Below, piece after piece: positions 19,394 through 31,451 of a stretch of DNA of 64,000 nucleotides (position 1 is its first letter; each line of letters starts with the position of its first letter). Source of the stretch: a virus. The stretch spans positions 32,001 to 96,000 of the IMG/VR virus record IMGVR_UViG_3300010354_000050. The stretch is one strand, 5' to 3'. A program made the translations under genes and the position numbers. A model generated the notes under the pieces. That model saw nothing but the letters and a program-made list of their open reading frames with translations. It had not been told where the DNA came from and did not search any database.

Positions 19394-20020
19394 ATGAAAA
19401 ATCAACTTCAGCAAATCTTTGAAGAAATTGCCCAAGTTCGACAAGAAATGTATGAAATGCGTCAGTCATTTCAAAAGAATTACGAAAGTGAACTTCTGGA
19501 AAGTTCTAAACAAAAAACTATTACTAAAGCTATTGGCAAGCTAGGAGAAGGTAAGGTTTCGGGAATTAAGGCCAAATATCAGGAAGAACTTGATCAAGCT
19601 ACTAAAGATATGAAGCAAAAGCTAGAAAATTTGGAACAAGATTTCTTAAGTCTATCCCAAAATTATCAATTTCCAAAAGACAACGGGAATAACTGGGAAG
19701 TTTACAAAACTTCATACCTCTATACCTATTCAACTCAAGGTCTAGGTGCCGATTCCTATGCCAGAAATGCCCTGTCTACTTCTGTTGCCCACTGTACTGC
19801 TTTAGGTCTAGAAAACAAAATTTCTTATGACCAAGAAGTAAGAGCTTACAGACTTTGGATCAAAGGGGATAAAGTTGATGTAGCTATTGCCCAAAATAAA
19901 CCTGGACTTTCTTTAGTAGAAACAGTTCAGGTACTTTGGAAATCTGGAGTAAATCCACGGGTAATCTTCCCTTTTTTGCCTTGGGGGTTTGAAGAAAAGC
20001 ATGGGATTTCTTACACTTGA
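19394..20020 (+). CDS. Hypothetical coiled-coil protein
   Basis: 208-aa ORF with promoter and RBS. Confidence 0.7.
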   Translation: MKNQLQQIFEEIAQVRQEMYEMRQSFQKNYESELLESSKQKTITKAIGKLGEGKVSGIKAKYQEELDQATKDMKQKLENLEQDFLSLSQNYQFPKDNGNNWEVYKTSYLYTYSTQGLGADSYARNALSTSVAHCTALGLENKISYDQEVRAYRLWIKGDKVDVAIAQNKPGLSLVETVQVLWKSGVNPRVIFPFLPWGFEEKHGISYT

Positions 20021-20418
20021 TCTTGTGCAATGATTGTGTTATAATGTTTAGTAGTCTATAATCAGGTCAAAAATGGATAGCCATAATACCTTAGTTTCTC
20101 TAATGCTACTGAATGACTTAGAACGGTTAGTCATGAATCTTCCTGAAGAAGAAAAGAAAGAAGCTCTAGAAGCTATTAATCAATTGGAAAGTATTGTTTG
20201 TAGTTGTTAATGATGAACAAATATGTGAAACTGATTGTTGAATACTACCTTGATAAATATGAAAAAGGTAGTGGGACTTTGGGATTTACCAGAGAACAAG
20301 TAGAAGAAATTAGACTTGAACTTGAAAAGCCTGAGTCTAATATTTCTGAAGCTGTTACAGAATTTCTAAAAACCTTAAAATTTAGCAATTAAATCTATAA
20401 AGGAAAAGGAAAAGGAAA

Positions 20419-21234
20419 GTGGACAGATTACTAAAAGTAGACGTAATTTCTAAATCTTCTAACCCCCAAAAACAAGCCTATGCGGATATGCACCAGTGCT
20501 ATAGCAGTAGCATGGTAGCAGAAGAGTTTTTTGGAGAAGACTTTTCGGAGCAAATTCCCTGCTTAATTACTTCTAATTCTAGGGAATGGAGAGATCCTAT
20601 GAACCTGGGAAAGCTTATTGGAGAAAAAGAAGCAGGTGAACGAGTAGTAAAAAATTGCCTTAAGCAAGGGCATTGGGGGGTTATTGAATCACCAACTATT
20701 AGTTTTTCAGTAGGGTATTTCCCCCACAGTGTCATGCAACAGGCTAGAACCCACCGAGTAGGGATTCATTTCGGAGTTCAAAGTGGAAGATATACTTCAG
20801 AAAATATTCTTAACCTTACCCGAATCTCTGAAGAAGTTCTGAATCTGGAATCAGTAGAAGAAGTTTTTTACTTACGGCCTGTTGGATTTTACACTGATAG
20901 GAAAGGTTGCAAGTATGAGTATACTCAAGAAGAACGAGAGAAAGACCTAGAATATTGCTATCAAGCTGCTTTGCGCTATGCTGATAAGATCTACCGGGGC
21001 TTTTCTGAAGAACACGCTAGAGGTTTGATTCCTTTTGACATTAGGCAACATTTCACCGTTAGCTTCAACATCAGAAGCTTGTTTCATTTCCTTGATATGC
21101 GTAGCCCAAAAGATGCACAACTAGAAATCCGGTGGCTATGCGATCTCATGTGGCCCTATGTAAAAGAGTGGATTCCAGAAATTGCTGATCACTATGAGAA
21201 GACAAGATGGGGCAAGAATAAACTAGCCCCTTAA
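20419..21234 (+). CDS. thyX: Flavin-dependent thymidylate synthase
   Basis: GHWGVIE, QQARTHRVG...VQSGRY, EHARGLIP, AQLEIR motifs. Confidence 0.92.
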   Translation: MDRLLKVDVISKSSNPQKQAYADMHQCYSSSMVAEEFFGEDFSEQIPCLITSNSREWRDPMNLGKLIGEKEAGERVVKNCLKQGHWGVIESPTISFSVGYFPHSVMQQARTHRVGIHFGVQSGRYTSENILNLTRISEEVLNLESVEEVFYLRPVGFYTDRKGCKYEYTQEEREKDLEYCYQAALRYADKIYRGFSEEHARGLIPFDIRQHFTVSFNIRSLFHFLDMRSPKDAQLEIRWLCDLMWPYVKEWIPEIADHYEKTRWGKNKLAP

Positions 21235-21333
21235 TAAATACAAGAAGAAGTAAGATTTTACTTCTTCTTTTTTTGACTTTTTCCAACCTTTATGCTAAAC
21301 TAATTCTATAGTTGCTAAAGAGAAATTAATCAA

Positions 21334-21702
21334 ATGCCAGCCCGATACCAACCTCAAAAGCCAAATTTGCCTAGCTTGCAGCCATGTTGCAAATGTGGTA
21401 ACTTACCAAAACGATTAAGGACTATTCTCCGTTACGACAGTATTAGGGACTACCTGTTTTACGCTTGTAGTTGCTATGACGTGCTTGGCGAGGTAGCAGC
21501 TACACCCAATGAACATAAGGCTAGGAACAAATGGAATACTTTGCAAAACAATATCAAAAAACTTAGTCAACTGTTTCCTTACCAGGAATTGACCCACGTT
21601 TACGAAAGGAAAACAGACTATGTTGTTTGGTTAGACAATAGTTTTAGAAAAGTTATTTCCAAATCTGATCTAGACCTTACCTTTGAAGACTTGTTTAGTT
21701 AA
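21334..21702 (+). CDS. Hypothetical protein with Cys cluster (Lar-like Zn finger?)
   Basis: LQPCCKCG...CSC...ARNKWN. Confidence 0.5.
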   Translation: MPARYQPQKPNLPSLQPCCKCGNLPKRLRTILRYDSIRDYLFYACSCYDVLGEVAATPNEHKARNKWNTLQNNIKKLSQLFPYQELTHVYERKTDYVVWLDNSFRKVISKSDLDLTFEDLFS

Positions 21703-21708
21703 AGAGCA

Positions 21709-22242
21709 ATGAAATCAAATACTGAACATTTTGCAGTAGTTATGATAGGGGCACCAGGATCAGGCAAATCTACTTTTGCCCATAACCTGATGAAGCAAAA
21801 TAATTTCACTTATGTCAACTATGACTCTATCCGAAAACATCTGTGGGGAGATGAAAACATTCAAGGTTCTTGGAAAGAAATTAGTAAGACTGTAGATGTT
21901 CTAACCTTTGAAGCTAATCACAACAACAGTAATATTATTGTTGATGGGTGCCATCACAGGGGATTTTACAGAAAAGAAGTTTGTAGTAAGCTGAGGAAAA
22001 ATGGCTATAGCAAGGTTATAGGTGTCTTTGTCAATAGTTCCTTAGAAAACTGTCTGAAACAAAATTCAAGCAGAAGTAGGCAAGTTCCTGGTAATGTTAT
22101 TGAAAAAATCTGGAAACAGTTAGAAGAAAATAAGGGAAAACTTTTAACTTTCTTTGATGAACTGATAACTTACAACCCTGAAACCAACGCCACCAGTACT
22201 TTTATAAATAGTAATAAGATATGGAAACTAAAGCAAGAATAG
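21709..22242 (+). CDS. AAA_33 / polynucleotide kinase-like P-loop kinase
   Basis: MIGAPGSGKST, DSIRK, IIVDG, RSRQVP. Confidence 0.85.
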   Translation: MKSNTEHFAVVMIGAPGSGKSTFAHNLMKQNNFTYVNYDSIRKHLWGDENIQGSWKEISKTVDVLTFEANHNNSNIIVDGCHHRGFYRKEVCSKLRKNGYSKVIGVFVNSSLENCLKQNSSRSRQVPGNVIEKIWKQLEENKGKLLTFFDELITYNPETNATSTFINSNKIWKLKQE

Positions 22243-22427
22243 CTTCGAGCATAATCATATGTGTAGCCTACCTAACTGTACTTTATTCAAATGATGTAAC
22301 CCTAGCTTCAAGGCTTTATATAGTAGGCAATGGATTAGCACTCCCTTACATGATTAGAAACAAATGCTGGGATATTGTAGCCCTCCTTGTTTTCTTCATC
22401 ATAGCAGGTTTTCCTAAGGCACTATGA
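22221..22427 (+). CDS. Small membrane protein
   Basis: Hydrophobic segments. Confidence 0.55.
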   Translation: METKARIASSIIICVAYLTVLYSNDVTLASRLYIVGNGLALPYMIRNKCWDIVALLVFFIIAGFPKAL

Positions 22428-23904
22428 AAAAAAAAAAAGATTCTTACAAGAAAATCTGTGGTAAACTTACTAAAGTTCTGTCAAGAGTAAAAAAAAAAAT
22501 GAGAGTCAAAATTACTACTGCAAATGGGAAGTTGCTAGGTAATCTAACCTTGAACCAGAGGCCATGGCAAGGTGAGTTTATTTCTATAAATGGTACTGTC
22601 TATGAAATTGACAAAATTATCCATGAGCAGAATGCTAACTACGCCTTTACCATCCAAACAAAGGTAGCTTACTAAATGGTAGAAAACTTTTCTAAGGAAG
22701 AAATAAAAATCTTCCTTGATTATCTAGAAGTAGATAAAGACAGGTGTGAAAGTAAAACTAAAGAAAGAATTTACAGAAAGCTAAAGTTGATATTACTAGA
22801 GATCCCCTAATTAATTGATGCCCTATGTACTGTAAACAATCATTGGAGAAAGCAGCAAGGGATAGAAAAACTCTATTCCTTTTTTTTTCTGCTAGACTTC
22901 TTAGTTTTTACAACCAATTGTTGACTTTTCCTATTAAATAAGGTAGAATAAAAAAAAAAGGAATTGAAGTCCTTTTACTCCATAAACAAAAAAAAATGAA
23001 CAAATTAGCTTTTTCAATCTTGATTATGAACCTTGGTTGGGCTTTGACCATAATAGCTATTGCGGCTTTCTTTCTCCTAGATGCAGGTGATCCTAAATGT
23101 CAAGTTGTACCGTCAGACTATGGAGTTTTCTTAGAGTTCCCTAATGAATAGTTCTATTGTTTAGTCAAGGAAGATCTCATTATGGCATGACTAAATCAAC
23201 TTCCCAATCCGTCAATGATTTTAGACAGAAGTATCTTACTTTTGCTAAAGAACAAATCGGTATATTAGCTTTAGATTTCTTGAACAAAAACCCAGTTTTA
23301 GTAAGATCAAAATACAATACTGTTGTTTAGTATGCTTTAGACCTTTGGATGTTTACGGTTTGTGGCTAACTGCTGACTCCCTTGAACATCAGAAATACTT
23401 TCCTGAAAGCAACATGGAGCTTGATCTTGATTTTATCATTGAATCTTCTAAAGATTTAAGAAATGTCCTTTAACTTCTTGATACCCAAGTTCGTAAAGAT
23501 CTAGAAGGAAGCATATTTGTAGCTAATTCTGACATTGGCTAAAACTCCCCAGATCTTTCCTTGTCTAAAGATTAATTTTTCAACTAGAGGATTTTGCTTT
23601 AGGACTTGACAACATCCCTAAAATGCCTTAGAATCTAAGTGTAATCAAATTAAGGTCAAAATGAGTTTTTCTACTTTTAGTTAAGAAGAAGACAAAATGT
23701 ACAAGTATGATAACCCTTACCATTGGTTTAGCCAATACGTTGATCAATTAGATCAAACACAACTTAAAAACTTGTTGCTAGAACTTGCAAGTTCTTTAGA
23801 TTTTGATACTTTGACAGATAAGTTTCAGTCTGAAATGGTAAAGGAGGGGTTTTTTGACCCCATTGAACAAGATCAATAGTATTTATTAAAGAAAGGTAAA
23901 AGAA

Positions 23905-24258
23905 ATGATTATTGAAAGCTTTCAGGATATTGAAAAAGCCAGTTTGCAAGAAATCTTTGACCAGGTTTCACAAGGCTTGTTAAGGCAAGGTAAAAAGTCT
24001 TTAGTTGAAGGAGAATGTGAATACTGGGGAGAGAATAATTGCCGCTGTTCCTTTGGATTCTTGATGTCTCCTGAAGAGGCTGCTTTCTATGCAGGTAAAG
24101 GCCCATATTGTATTTCAGGGTGGGATAACCTTAGTCCAGAAAAACAACTTCTGCTAATTTGCCTTATGGATTGCCATGATGATTACAAGGTTAGTGAATG
24201 GAAGAAAATGTTAGAAACCATTGCTGATCAATTTGAGCTAAATTGCAATTTTTCTTAA
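23905..24258 (+). CDS. Hypothetical phage protein
   Basis: QEIFD...LLRQG...C.Y...C..G.L...HD pattern. Confidence 0.6.
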   Translation: MIIESFQDIEKASLQEIFDQVSQGLLRQGKKSLVEGECEYWGENNCRCSFGFLMSPEEAAFYAGKGPYCISGWDNLSPEKQLLLICLMDCHDDYKVSEWKKMLETIADQFELNCNFS

Positions 24259-24609
24259 GGAATTACCTTAATGAATTGGTTTGATCACCAAATAAAGCTT
24301 ACAAAGTCTTTTAGATATATTGACCCTGATCAAGTCCCACCAAACTATCTTTTCATTAACCTCCTAGACAGCAGGTTAATAATTTCTTTAGGGGTTGATC
24401 TAGATGTATGGGAAAATACATCTATTGATGTTTCTAGCCCTGGAACTTATCTCTTTTATGGGAAGTGGTATGGGAGAAATGTAAAAAAACATTTCATCTT
24501 ATGGCAAAGTAACTCATTTTGAACCCTGGATGATGCCCGTAGGCCATATAGATAGTTTTGAACTAAAAGATTCTGACATTTGACATCTTGAGCTAAATCT
24601 GTTACTATA

Positions 24610-24993
24610 TTGTTATCAACCTGTTTAAGAGGTAAGAGTCGAGCTATGGCGAATAACATCAAAAAAGCTCTAAGTGCTAAGACTGAAAAATTTTTAAGCG
24701 TACAAATGAACTATCGCAGGTTTGGAGTGCTTACCCGGAAGCAATTTTGTCACAAGATGTTTGAATTAGGGGCTATTCCTAGTATTAAGCAAATCCCTCG
24801 CGTTCAATATGACCGGAGCAAGTTTAACCGCATGGATTACAAAAAGCAGCGAGAATATGAGAAGCTGCTGGCTAAAACTAAACCAGAGTATCAGCTTTAC
24901 TATCCCGATGAAGTTGGTATTTGTGCTATTATCACTAAGACCGAGTTTAATTACTTTCTCAGCTTAATGGGTGAGGGGCAAGAGAAGGCATAG
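24610..24993 (+). CDS. Hypothetical basic protein
   Basis: ORF with promoter and terminator; likely start at MANNIKK. Confidence 0.6.
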   Translation: MLSTCLRGKSRAMANNIKKALSAKTEKFLSVQMNYRRFGVLTRKQFCHKMFELGAIPSIKQIPRVQYDRSKFNRMDYKKQREYEKLLAKTKPEYQLYYPDEVGICAIITKTEFNYFLSLMGEGQEKA

Positions 24994-26357
24994 ATAGATA
25001 GTTTGTTTGGCAAGTAGTTTACTAACGAGGAAGGGGAGGGGAGCAATTTTGCCCCCCCCCCTAATCAGTCCAACAATTCAAGAGCCAACATTAACATCAA
25101 GTAAAAGCTTGCTTTATGGCAAGCTTTTTTGTTGACAGGCTTAAGCAACTGAGATATAATAGGAAAGTAAGCAAACAAAGGGAACCAGATGAACTTCTTT
25201 TCTAGCCTAGTTAGTCTTTGTACTCCCAGGATCTATAGAAGTGCTACTTATAATGCAAATAGTTTAACCAAGGATACCAATGATATAGAAATAAACTACG
25301 AAACAGTATCAAAATTTGCAGAAAACGCTTCTAAAGAAGATGTAATTTTAGTGTTGTCATCTGCCATTTGTGCTTTGCAAAGATATTCTGCAATTCCAAA
25401 AGCACAAGTTTTAGAAAACCTAGAAAAGGGATTTGAAGAATATTCTGGTTGGAGTGAAACTGTTTAGTATCCAAAAGATTTAGGAAATTAGAAGATGAAA
25501 GAATTGACACCTAACGAAGCCTATGACCTTTATGTAGGTATGATCACAGTAGATGAATTCTTAGCCTCTTTTGACGGCAATATTGATCAAGCTATTGATC
25601 AACTCATGGTTGAGAAGTGGTGGTCAGGTGAAGGCGGTAGTCACCCTGATAACCTGCCAGAACTAATTAAGGAATATGTGGTTAATCAGGAAAGCATTGC
25701 TTTTTTCAACCATGAGGAAGAATTGTCTTATCGTTATGGGGGTTAATTATGAATGAAGAGCCAATGGTTTTAGGACTAAGCATCTAAAGCTAAAGAAATG
25801 ACAGAAAACTTGGATCGAGATAATTCATACAGGTGTGAAATGAAAAACCAGTCAGACTTTATAAATAAAGTTCTCCTTGCTAAACTTGAAGAGAATTTGG
25901 CATTTGAAGAAATCTTTGTTAAATACCTGAGTAATAAGGAGAATCCTTTAGGAGAAAGGTGGGAGAACTTTCAATTTGCAACCACAAATAATATCTTCAA
26001 CAAGACTAAACCTTTTGTCTACTATTCTCCTATCTTAGAAAAAATAGAAAACTTCACTTGGTACGATAATAGATTGGGATCAAGTAGCGGAAGAATGGAA
26101 TTTTTTTAATTGACAATACTGGCCTAAACCTGTTATAATTGCATTAGTTTAGGGAAGTTACCAATGACCCTCTGATTAAGTTTATTGAAAAGCAAGGAAG
26201 TGACAGTTTTCTAAAGAACTATGTTCAAAAAATAGAAATGGACACATATATTATATACTCACAACATCGAGTCAAGATACAGGTGGAAAAATGTTGGACT
26301 TTTTGACAGAATTTTGCTATAATCTTGTAGTCCCAGGTTAAAAAAAATGGAATTAAA

Positions 26358-26672
26358 ATGATTCTTAAAGATTTAATTCAAGCTCTGGAAGAAGAATATA
26401 ACCTAAATCCTGACTATATAGTAAAACTGGGATTTGCTTATCCCCATAGTTACCGAGGTTTTTACGATGCTTTAGCTTTTGAGCTTGTAGAACACATTAC
26501 CATATCTGAAATGTTAAATGAAGCTAAATCAGCACCTGGAAAGACCTTTGAAGGTTACAAAGGTGGTGATTTCCTTATGACAGAGTATTCTGAAGTTTAT
26601 TTGGCTAACTATGGTGAACTTGGTGAAGAGCTAGGCCCAATGTTGCTAAAATTCATTCTCAACCAAATTTAA
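26358..26672 (+). CDS. Conserved phage hypothetical protein
   Basis: PHSYRGFYDALAFE...GKTFEGYKGGDFLM motif. Confidence 0.65.
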   Translation: MILKDLIQALEEEYNLNPDYIVKLGFAYPHSYRGFYDALAFELVEHITISEMLNEAKSAPGKTFEGYKGGDFLMTEYSEVYLANYGELGEELGPMLLKFILNQI

Positions 26673-27090
26673 TCGATAAAGGTTTGCCAAAAGGCAAACC
26701 TTTTGTTATAACTTTTGAGTTATAACCTCAGGTAAAACAACCCCCCCCCTGTGCTATAATGTTCAAGTCTCCTAACAGATAAAACAATCATGATGGTTCC
26801 TAATAAATTTAAGTATAGTAGCAACTTCTATAATAAAAGATCAGTAGAAGATCAGTTGAGAAATCTTGGCTTTGCAATTTGGAAAAAAGATCAACATCAA
26901 TTAGAAATTGTTCCGCCTATAGGTTGGACTATTACTATTGAAGGAAATGGAGATAAAAACTTTTACAATATGGACATGATTTTGAAGATTAGCCTAAAGT
27001 CTAATAAACTGTACCTATGGTGATAATGATTTTTGTTATCTCTATGTTCATCAAGATGTAAACCCTTACATTAATCCCAAATATTAAGAA

Positions 27091-27273
27091 ATGATTAAAC
27101 TTCGTCACTTAAAAGATCTAGTTGTATTCTTTGGAGCCTTGTCCATAGTAAGCTTAATTTCTTCCCTTTTGGTAAATTTTGGCTTTGCAATTTTAGTTTT
27201 TTCTATTGCATCTAGCTTGTTTTTGTTTCAGTATGTTTTGTTTGAATCTGTTTTTGGGAAATTTAACAAGTAA
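27091..27273 (+). CDS. Small membrane protein, paralog of 27831-28031
   Basis: Both contain FLFQYVLFE. Confidence 0.6.
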   Translation: MIKLRHLKDLVVFFGALSIVSLISSLLVNFGFAILVFSIASSLFLFQYVLFESVFGKFNK

Positions 27274-27280
27274 TACATAA

Positions 27281-27817
27281 ATGAAAATTTATCTCAACTT
27301 GTCAAGATGCAACATTCATTTAGAAAAAGGAACTGACTATGGTTCTGTAGAAGTTTCAGAAGGAATTAAATACAGGGTAGATCAGGAAGACAACCTATTT
27401 ATAGACTTCATTGATACCCTAGATCTACCTGAAGACTTGTCCCAATACGGTTTTGTCAGGGTAAAGGTTCCCCAGAAAAACAAACCCTTAGACTTAGTAG
27501 CTAACCTAGACTGCTGCCATTTGATTCAAAAGGCGATTGTCCAAGATTGCGTAATAAATTCTAAAGGAAATACTATTTTGTCTACCTGGTCAAAAAACCT
27601 TGTAGCAAATTTGCAAGATTCAGCTATAGCTAACTTTCTTGTAGAAAATGGGGACGCTAATATTAGGTCTTCTGGGAGTTCTACTATTGAATTAGAAGGT
27701 AAAGTTAATGGTCTTCTTTTGAGTCTGAAAGGAGGATCAGAGGTTTTCCTGAATGCTGAAGTTCAAGGGAAAATAGACCTTGTTTCAGATAAAGTTTCAA
27801 AAGTTTACCATAATTGA
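27281..27817 (+). CDS. Beta-solenoid-like (DUF2807/GIN-like) hypothetical protein
   Basis: Repeating beta pattern ANIRSSGSSTIELEG...LSLKGGSEV. Confidence 0.5.
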   Translation: MKIYLNLSRCNIHLEKGTDYGSVEVSEGIKYRVDQEDNLFIDFIDTLDLPEDLSQYGFVRVKVPQKNKPLDLVANLDCCHLIQKAIVQDCVINSKGNTILSTWSKNLVANLQDSAIANFLVENGDANIRSSGSSTIELEGKVNGLLLSLKGGSEVFLNAEVQGKIDLVSDKVSKVYHN

Positions 27818-27830
27818 GTTAAAGGATAAA

Positions 27831-28031
27831 ATGAAAAAACACCTAGACTTGTTAATCTTTATAACTGTAATAGGAATATCTTCTGCATTGTTGACCATAT
27901 GGGTTCCTAAAGTACTTATGCTGGCCCTAGCTACAGCAGCAGTAACTATATTTTTGTTTCAGTATGTCTTGTTTGAATTAGCTTTTAATAAGTCTATGAA
28001 CAATAATGGAGAAAAAGATGAAAACAATTAA
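27831..28031 (+). CDS. Small membrane protein, paralog of 27091-27273
   Basis: Start MKKHLDLL after AAGGA RBS. Confidence 0.6.
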   Translation: MKKHLDLLIFITVIGISSALLTIWVPKVLMLALATAAVTIFLFQYVLFELAFNKSMNNNGEKDENN

Positions 28032-28436
28032 TCTAAATTTAGTAAATACTACTGTTGTTCTTGAGCAAGGTAAACTCAACTGGACAATACTGGAAATTTC
28101 TGACGGATTAGATTATAAACTTGACTCCGCAAACTTGATGTAGAAAAAGTTGGAAGTTGCAAAATTTTTTATTCTAAAGGAGAATAAATGAACCCTTATT
28201 TACAAATGACTGATACTGAACTCCTTTTTGCTTATATTAGTGAAAGGGATTCAGATGAGATTAATGTACCTTTGTGGGTGGAGCATAACAAAAGATTCAT
28301 TTCCGATGGAAACTACAGCAGTAAATTTGTTCGACTATTGACCAAGGAAGATTTTTTCATTTCCAACCCTTGATCTCCTAACACATTAGTGCTATACTAA
28401 TTAGGTAATAAGGGACAAGAAAACGAAAACTAGGAT

Positions 28437-28835
28437 ATGTTAACAAGCAAAAAACTAAAGGAAGCCTGGAAAAACAAAATCTTTCTGTTGATGGAAGAGT
28501 TGAATGCCCAGGATGTTACTCCTGGTGTTCAAGCTGACTATGCTAAAGTTTGGAACATCCAAACCCATGTTGGGATTCTACAAGTAACTTTTTTCCATTC
28601 TGATAACTTTTTGAATGAACTAACTGTTTATGCGAAATGGCTAGATGTTAAAAAAGCTTTAAGTTGGGGAATCGATTGTAACCTTTACAATGGGAAATGG
28701 AACTTCCACTTTTCTCAAAAAGGAAAAATGAATGGCAATGAAAAAATTCAATTCATGGATAAGGCTATTAACCAAGTGAGGAACAAGATTCTGAACTACA
28801 CTTCTTACAGTGTTTGCAACACCCTAACCAAGTAA
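28437..28835 (+). CDS. Hypothetical protein
   Basis: NLYNGKWNFHF motif; promoter and terminator. Confidence 0.65.
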   Translation: MLTSKKLKEAWKNKIFLLMEELNAQDVTPGVQADYAKVWNIQTHVGILQVTFFHSDNFLNELTVYAKWLDVKKALSWGIDCNLYNGKWNFHFSQKGKMNGNEKIQFMDKAINQVRNKILNYTSYSVCNTLTK

Positions 28836-29232
28836 TTAAAAAGCGAGCTATTTGCTCGCTTTTTTGTTGACATTTAAGGAGCTATAGGTTATAATCTTTT
28901 TAGCCTATACATGAAAACTAATGAATAGGAATCAGTTTATCCCTCCTGCTACTGGATTTTCCATAGCAGATCTCAAGATGATGTTCTTATCCAGACAGCC
29001 GCTAAAGATCTAGAAACTCCTCAGCAACTAACTGAAGAGCTTTTTCCTGATCAGTTTGAAGAATGGGTTGAGGATGCTAGTGATTGGGAATTTGCTATTT
29101 TTAACATCAACTATACTACAATAAAAGGAATAGAAATGTTAAAAGACCTAGATTCAACTGTAGTGTCTACTGACAAAGGAGATATGTAGTAAAAGGGTTG
29201 TCATTATTTTCTAGTTTAGGAGAAATATGTAA

Positions 29233-29451
29233 TTGAAAAACCTAGATTCAACTGTAGAAGTAAGTTTTAACTTAACCTTGCAGGATTTGGCAAGTTTGCA
29301 AAAAATTGCTATTGATGAACACATTAGCCCAACTTTTGCATTAAGGAAAGCTGTAGCAGCTTTAGCCTATATCAGAGAAAAGCAAAAATCCGGTTCTAAA
29401 TTCTTCATTCAAGAGGAAAATGGAACAATAAAATCTGTTGATTTTCATTAA
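29233..29451 (+). CDS. Putative ribbon-helix-helix DNA-binding protein
   Basis: VSFNL...LQKIA...ALRKAVA pattern. Confidence 0.45.
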   Translation: MKNLDSTVEVSFNLTLQDLASLQKIAIDEHISPTFALRKAVAALAYIREKQKSGSKFFIQEENGTIKSVDFH

Positions 29452-29480
29452 ATAGTTGGCTTAAAAAAAGGGCAAAACAA

Positions 29481-31451
29481 ATGGAAGAAAGAATTGAAAA
29501 TGTTTCCTTAGTTGAGGAAATGAAAACAGCCTACCTAGACTACTCTATGGCAGTTTTGCTAGGTAGGGCTATTCCCTCACTATATGATGGTCAAAAGCCT
29601 GTAAGCCGAAGAGTTCTAACAGCTATGAAGTGGTTAGGGCTAAATCCTGAAGCCAAGTACATGAAGGCAGCTAGGGTAGAAGGCGAAACCATGGGTAAAC
29701 TTCACCCCCATAGTGGTGCCTATGGAGCCATGGTAACAATGGCTTCCTGGTGGTCAAACAATAACCCTTTAGTCAATGGTCATGGTAACTGGGGATCACC
29801 AACAGACAATGCAGCAGCACCAAGATATACCGAGTGTAAACTAACTCCTTTTGCTTGGGAAGTTTTGCTTCAAGATTCTCAAACATGGGAAACTAAAGAC
29901 AATTATGACGGCTCCTTGCAAGAACCTGTTCTACTCAATACTAAATTCCCTGTTGTGCTAGTCAATGGTGGTGAAGGGATTGGAGTAGGGTATTCGACTA
30001 AGATCCCCCCTCATAATCTCAGAAGTTTGGCAAAAGCTTTAAGGTTTGTTTCCGAAGGGAATTTAGTTGGAGCTAATAAGCATCTTTGCCCTGATTTCCC
30101 TACAGGTTGCAATGTAGTCAAGGATGAAGGTTTGCTAGAATATTTGCAAACTGGAACAGGATCTATTCGCATGAGGGCTTTGTGTGAAGAAGACAAGGTA
30201 CAGCATGGGAAGACTAAAAGAAATGCCTTGAACTTTACTAACCTACCTTTACACATCAATACTGAAGCAATTTCTGACCAAATCCGTGAGGGGATTGAAA
30301 AAGGAAAAATCACTACTGTAGCTGATGTCAGAGATGAAACAGATCGCAGTGGTATCCGGTTAGTTGTTATTTTGAAGACAACGGCTGATATTGAACTAGC
30401 AAAATCTGAATTATTTAGCTATACTAGCCTAGATTCTAAGTTTTCAGCTAAGAACTTAGTTATTGATGGTCTTGAACCTGTTTGCCTACCTCCCGTAGAA
30501 ATTCTACAAAAGTGGCTAAAGTGGAGAGATGTAAAAACTGTTGTTATTTTCTCTGATGAACTTGCAAACATTACTGCAAGATTAGAGATTGTAGAAGGAT
30601 TGATTAAAGGAACTTCTTCTATGGATCAAGTCATTGAACTGATTCGCAGTTCTAATGATCCTAAGTCAGCTAAAGGAAAATTAGTTAAGGAAGGTTTTTC
30701 TGACTCCCAAGCTCAAGCTGTTTTGGCAATGAAGCTAAGCCAACTAACTAAATTAGACGTTAGAGAACTTAAAGGAGAAGAAAAACAAATTAAAGCAAGA
30801 GTTAAGCAGCTAGAAAAGTTGCTAAGCTCTGATCAGGAACGCCTAGTCTATATTCTTGAAGAAGTAGATCAAATTGCTGAGAGGTTTGGGAATGCCCGTC
30901 GATCACTAGGAATTGAACCTCCTATTTACCTAGTCGATCCTAAAAAATCTACCATTAGCGATGAGGGCAAGGTTGTAAAAAATCGTTACATGAAACTAGA
31001 TTCTAACAAAGGGGTTGTTTCCCAGATGAAGACAACCAAAGGATCTAACCTGATTTGTCCTGACGATCAAAAAGCTGTTTTAGTTTGCGACAATGGGTTT
31101 GTCTACAAAATTGGGTCTAAGTTTCAAGGCCCATTGGCATCTCAATCGACAAAGGTTTTAGCTAAAACCTTGAGTAGCAAAACACCTCTTGACCTTTTAG
31201 CTATTTGGAAATTAGATGGTTGTCTTTACTCTAATGTGTTAGATTGGGAAACCTTGGCTAAAACAACATCTAGCGGGAAAAGATGGATGCCTGAAGGAGC
31301 AGAATTGGTTTATTTGGGCAGTAAAGATTGGGAATTGAAGTTTACGTCTAAGCGGAAAAATCCACAAACTATTTCCTTGAAAACCACTAAACCTAGGACA
31401 TTAGGGAGTAAAGGTAATAAACTAGCCAGTCTAGATGAAGTTAAAATTTAG
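29481..31451 (+). CDS. gyrA: Type IIA topoisomerase subunit A (GyrA/ParC)
   Basis: AYLDYSM, DGQKPVSRR, HPHS, GHGNWGS, AAPRYTE (catalytic Tyr), PDFPTG. Confidence 0.9.
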   Translation: MEERIENVSLVEEMKTAYLDYSMAVLLGRAIPSLYDGQKPVSRRVLTAMKWLGLNPEAKYMKAARVEGETMGKLHPHSGAYGAMVTMASWWSNNNPLVNGHGNWGSPTDNAAAPRYTECKLTPFAWEVLLQDSQTWETKDNYDGSLQEPVLLNTKFPVVLVNGGEGIGVGYSTKIPPHNLRSLAKALRFVSEGNLVGANKHLCPDFPTGCNVVKDEGLLEYLQTGTGSIRMRALCEEDKVQHGKTKRNALNFTNLPLHINTEAISDQIREGIEKGKITTVADVRDETDRSGIRLVVILKTTADIELAKSELFSYTSLDSKFSAKNLVIDGLEPVCLPPVEILQKWLKWRDVKTVVIFSDELANITARLEIVEGLIKGTSSMDQVIELIRSSNDPKSAKGKLVKEGFSDSQAQAVLAMKLSQLTKLDVRELKGEEKQIKARVKQLEKLLSSDQERLVYILEEVDQIAERFGNARRSLGIEPPIYLVDPKKSTISDEGKVVKNRYMKLDSNKGVVSQMKTTKGSNLICPDDQKAVLVCDNGFVYKIGSKFQGPLASQSTKVLAKTLSSKTPLDLLAIWKLDGCLYSNVLDWETLAKTTSSGKRWMPEGAELVYLGSKDWELKFTSKRKNPQTISLKTTKPRTLGSKGNKLASLDEVKI

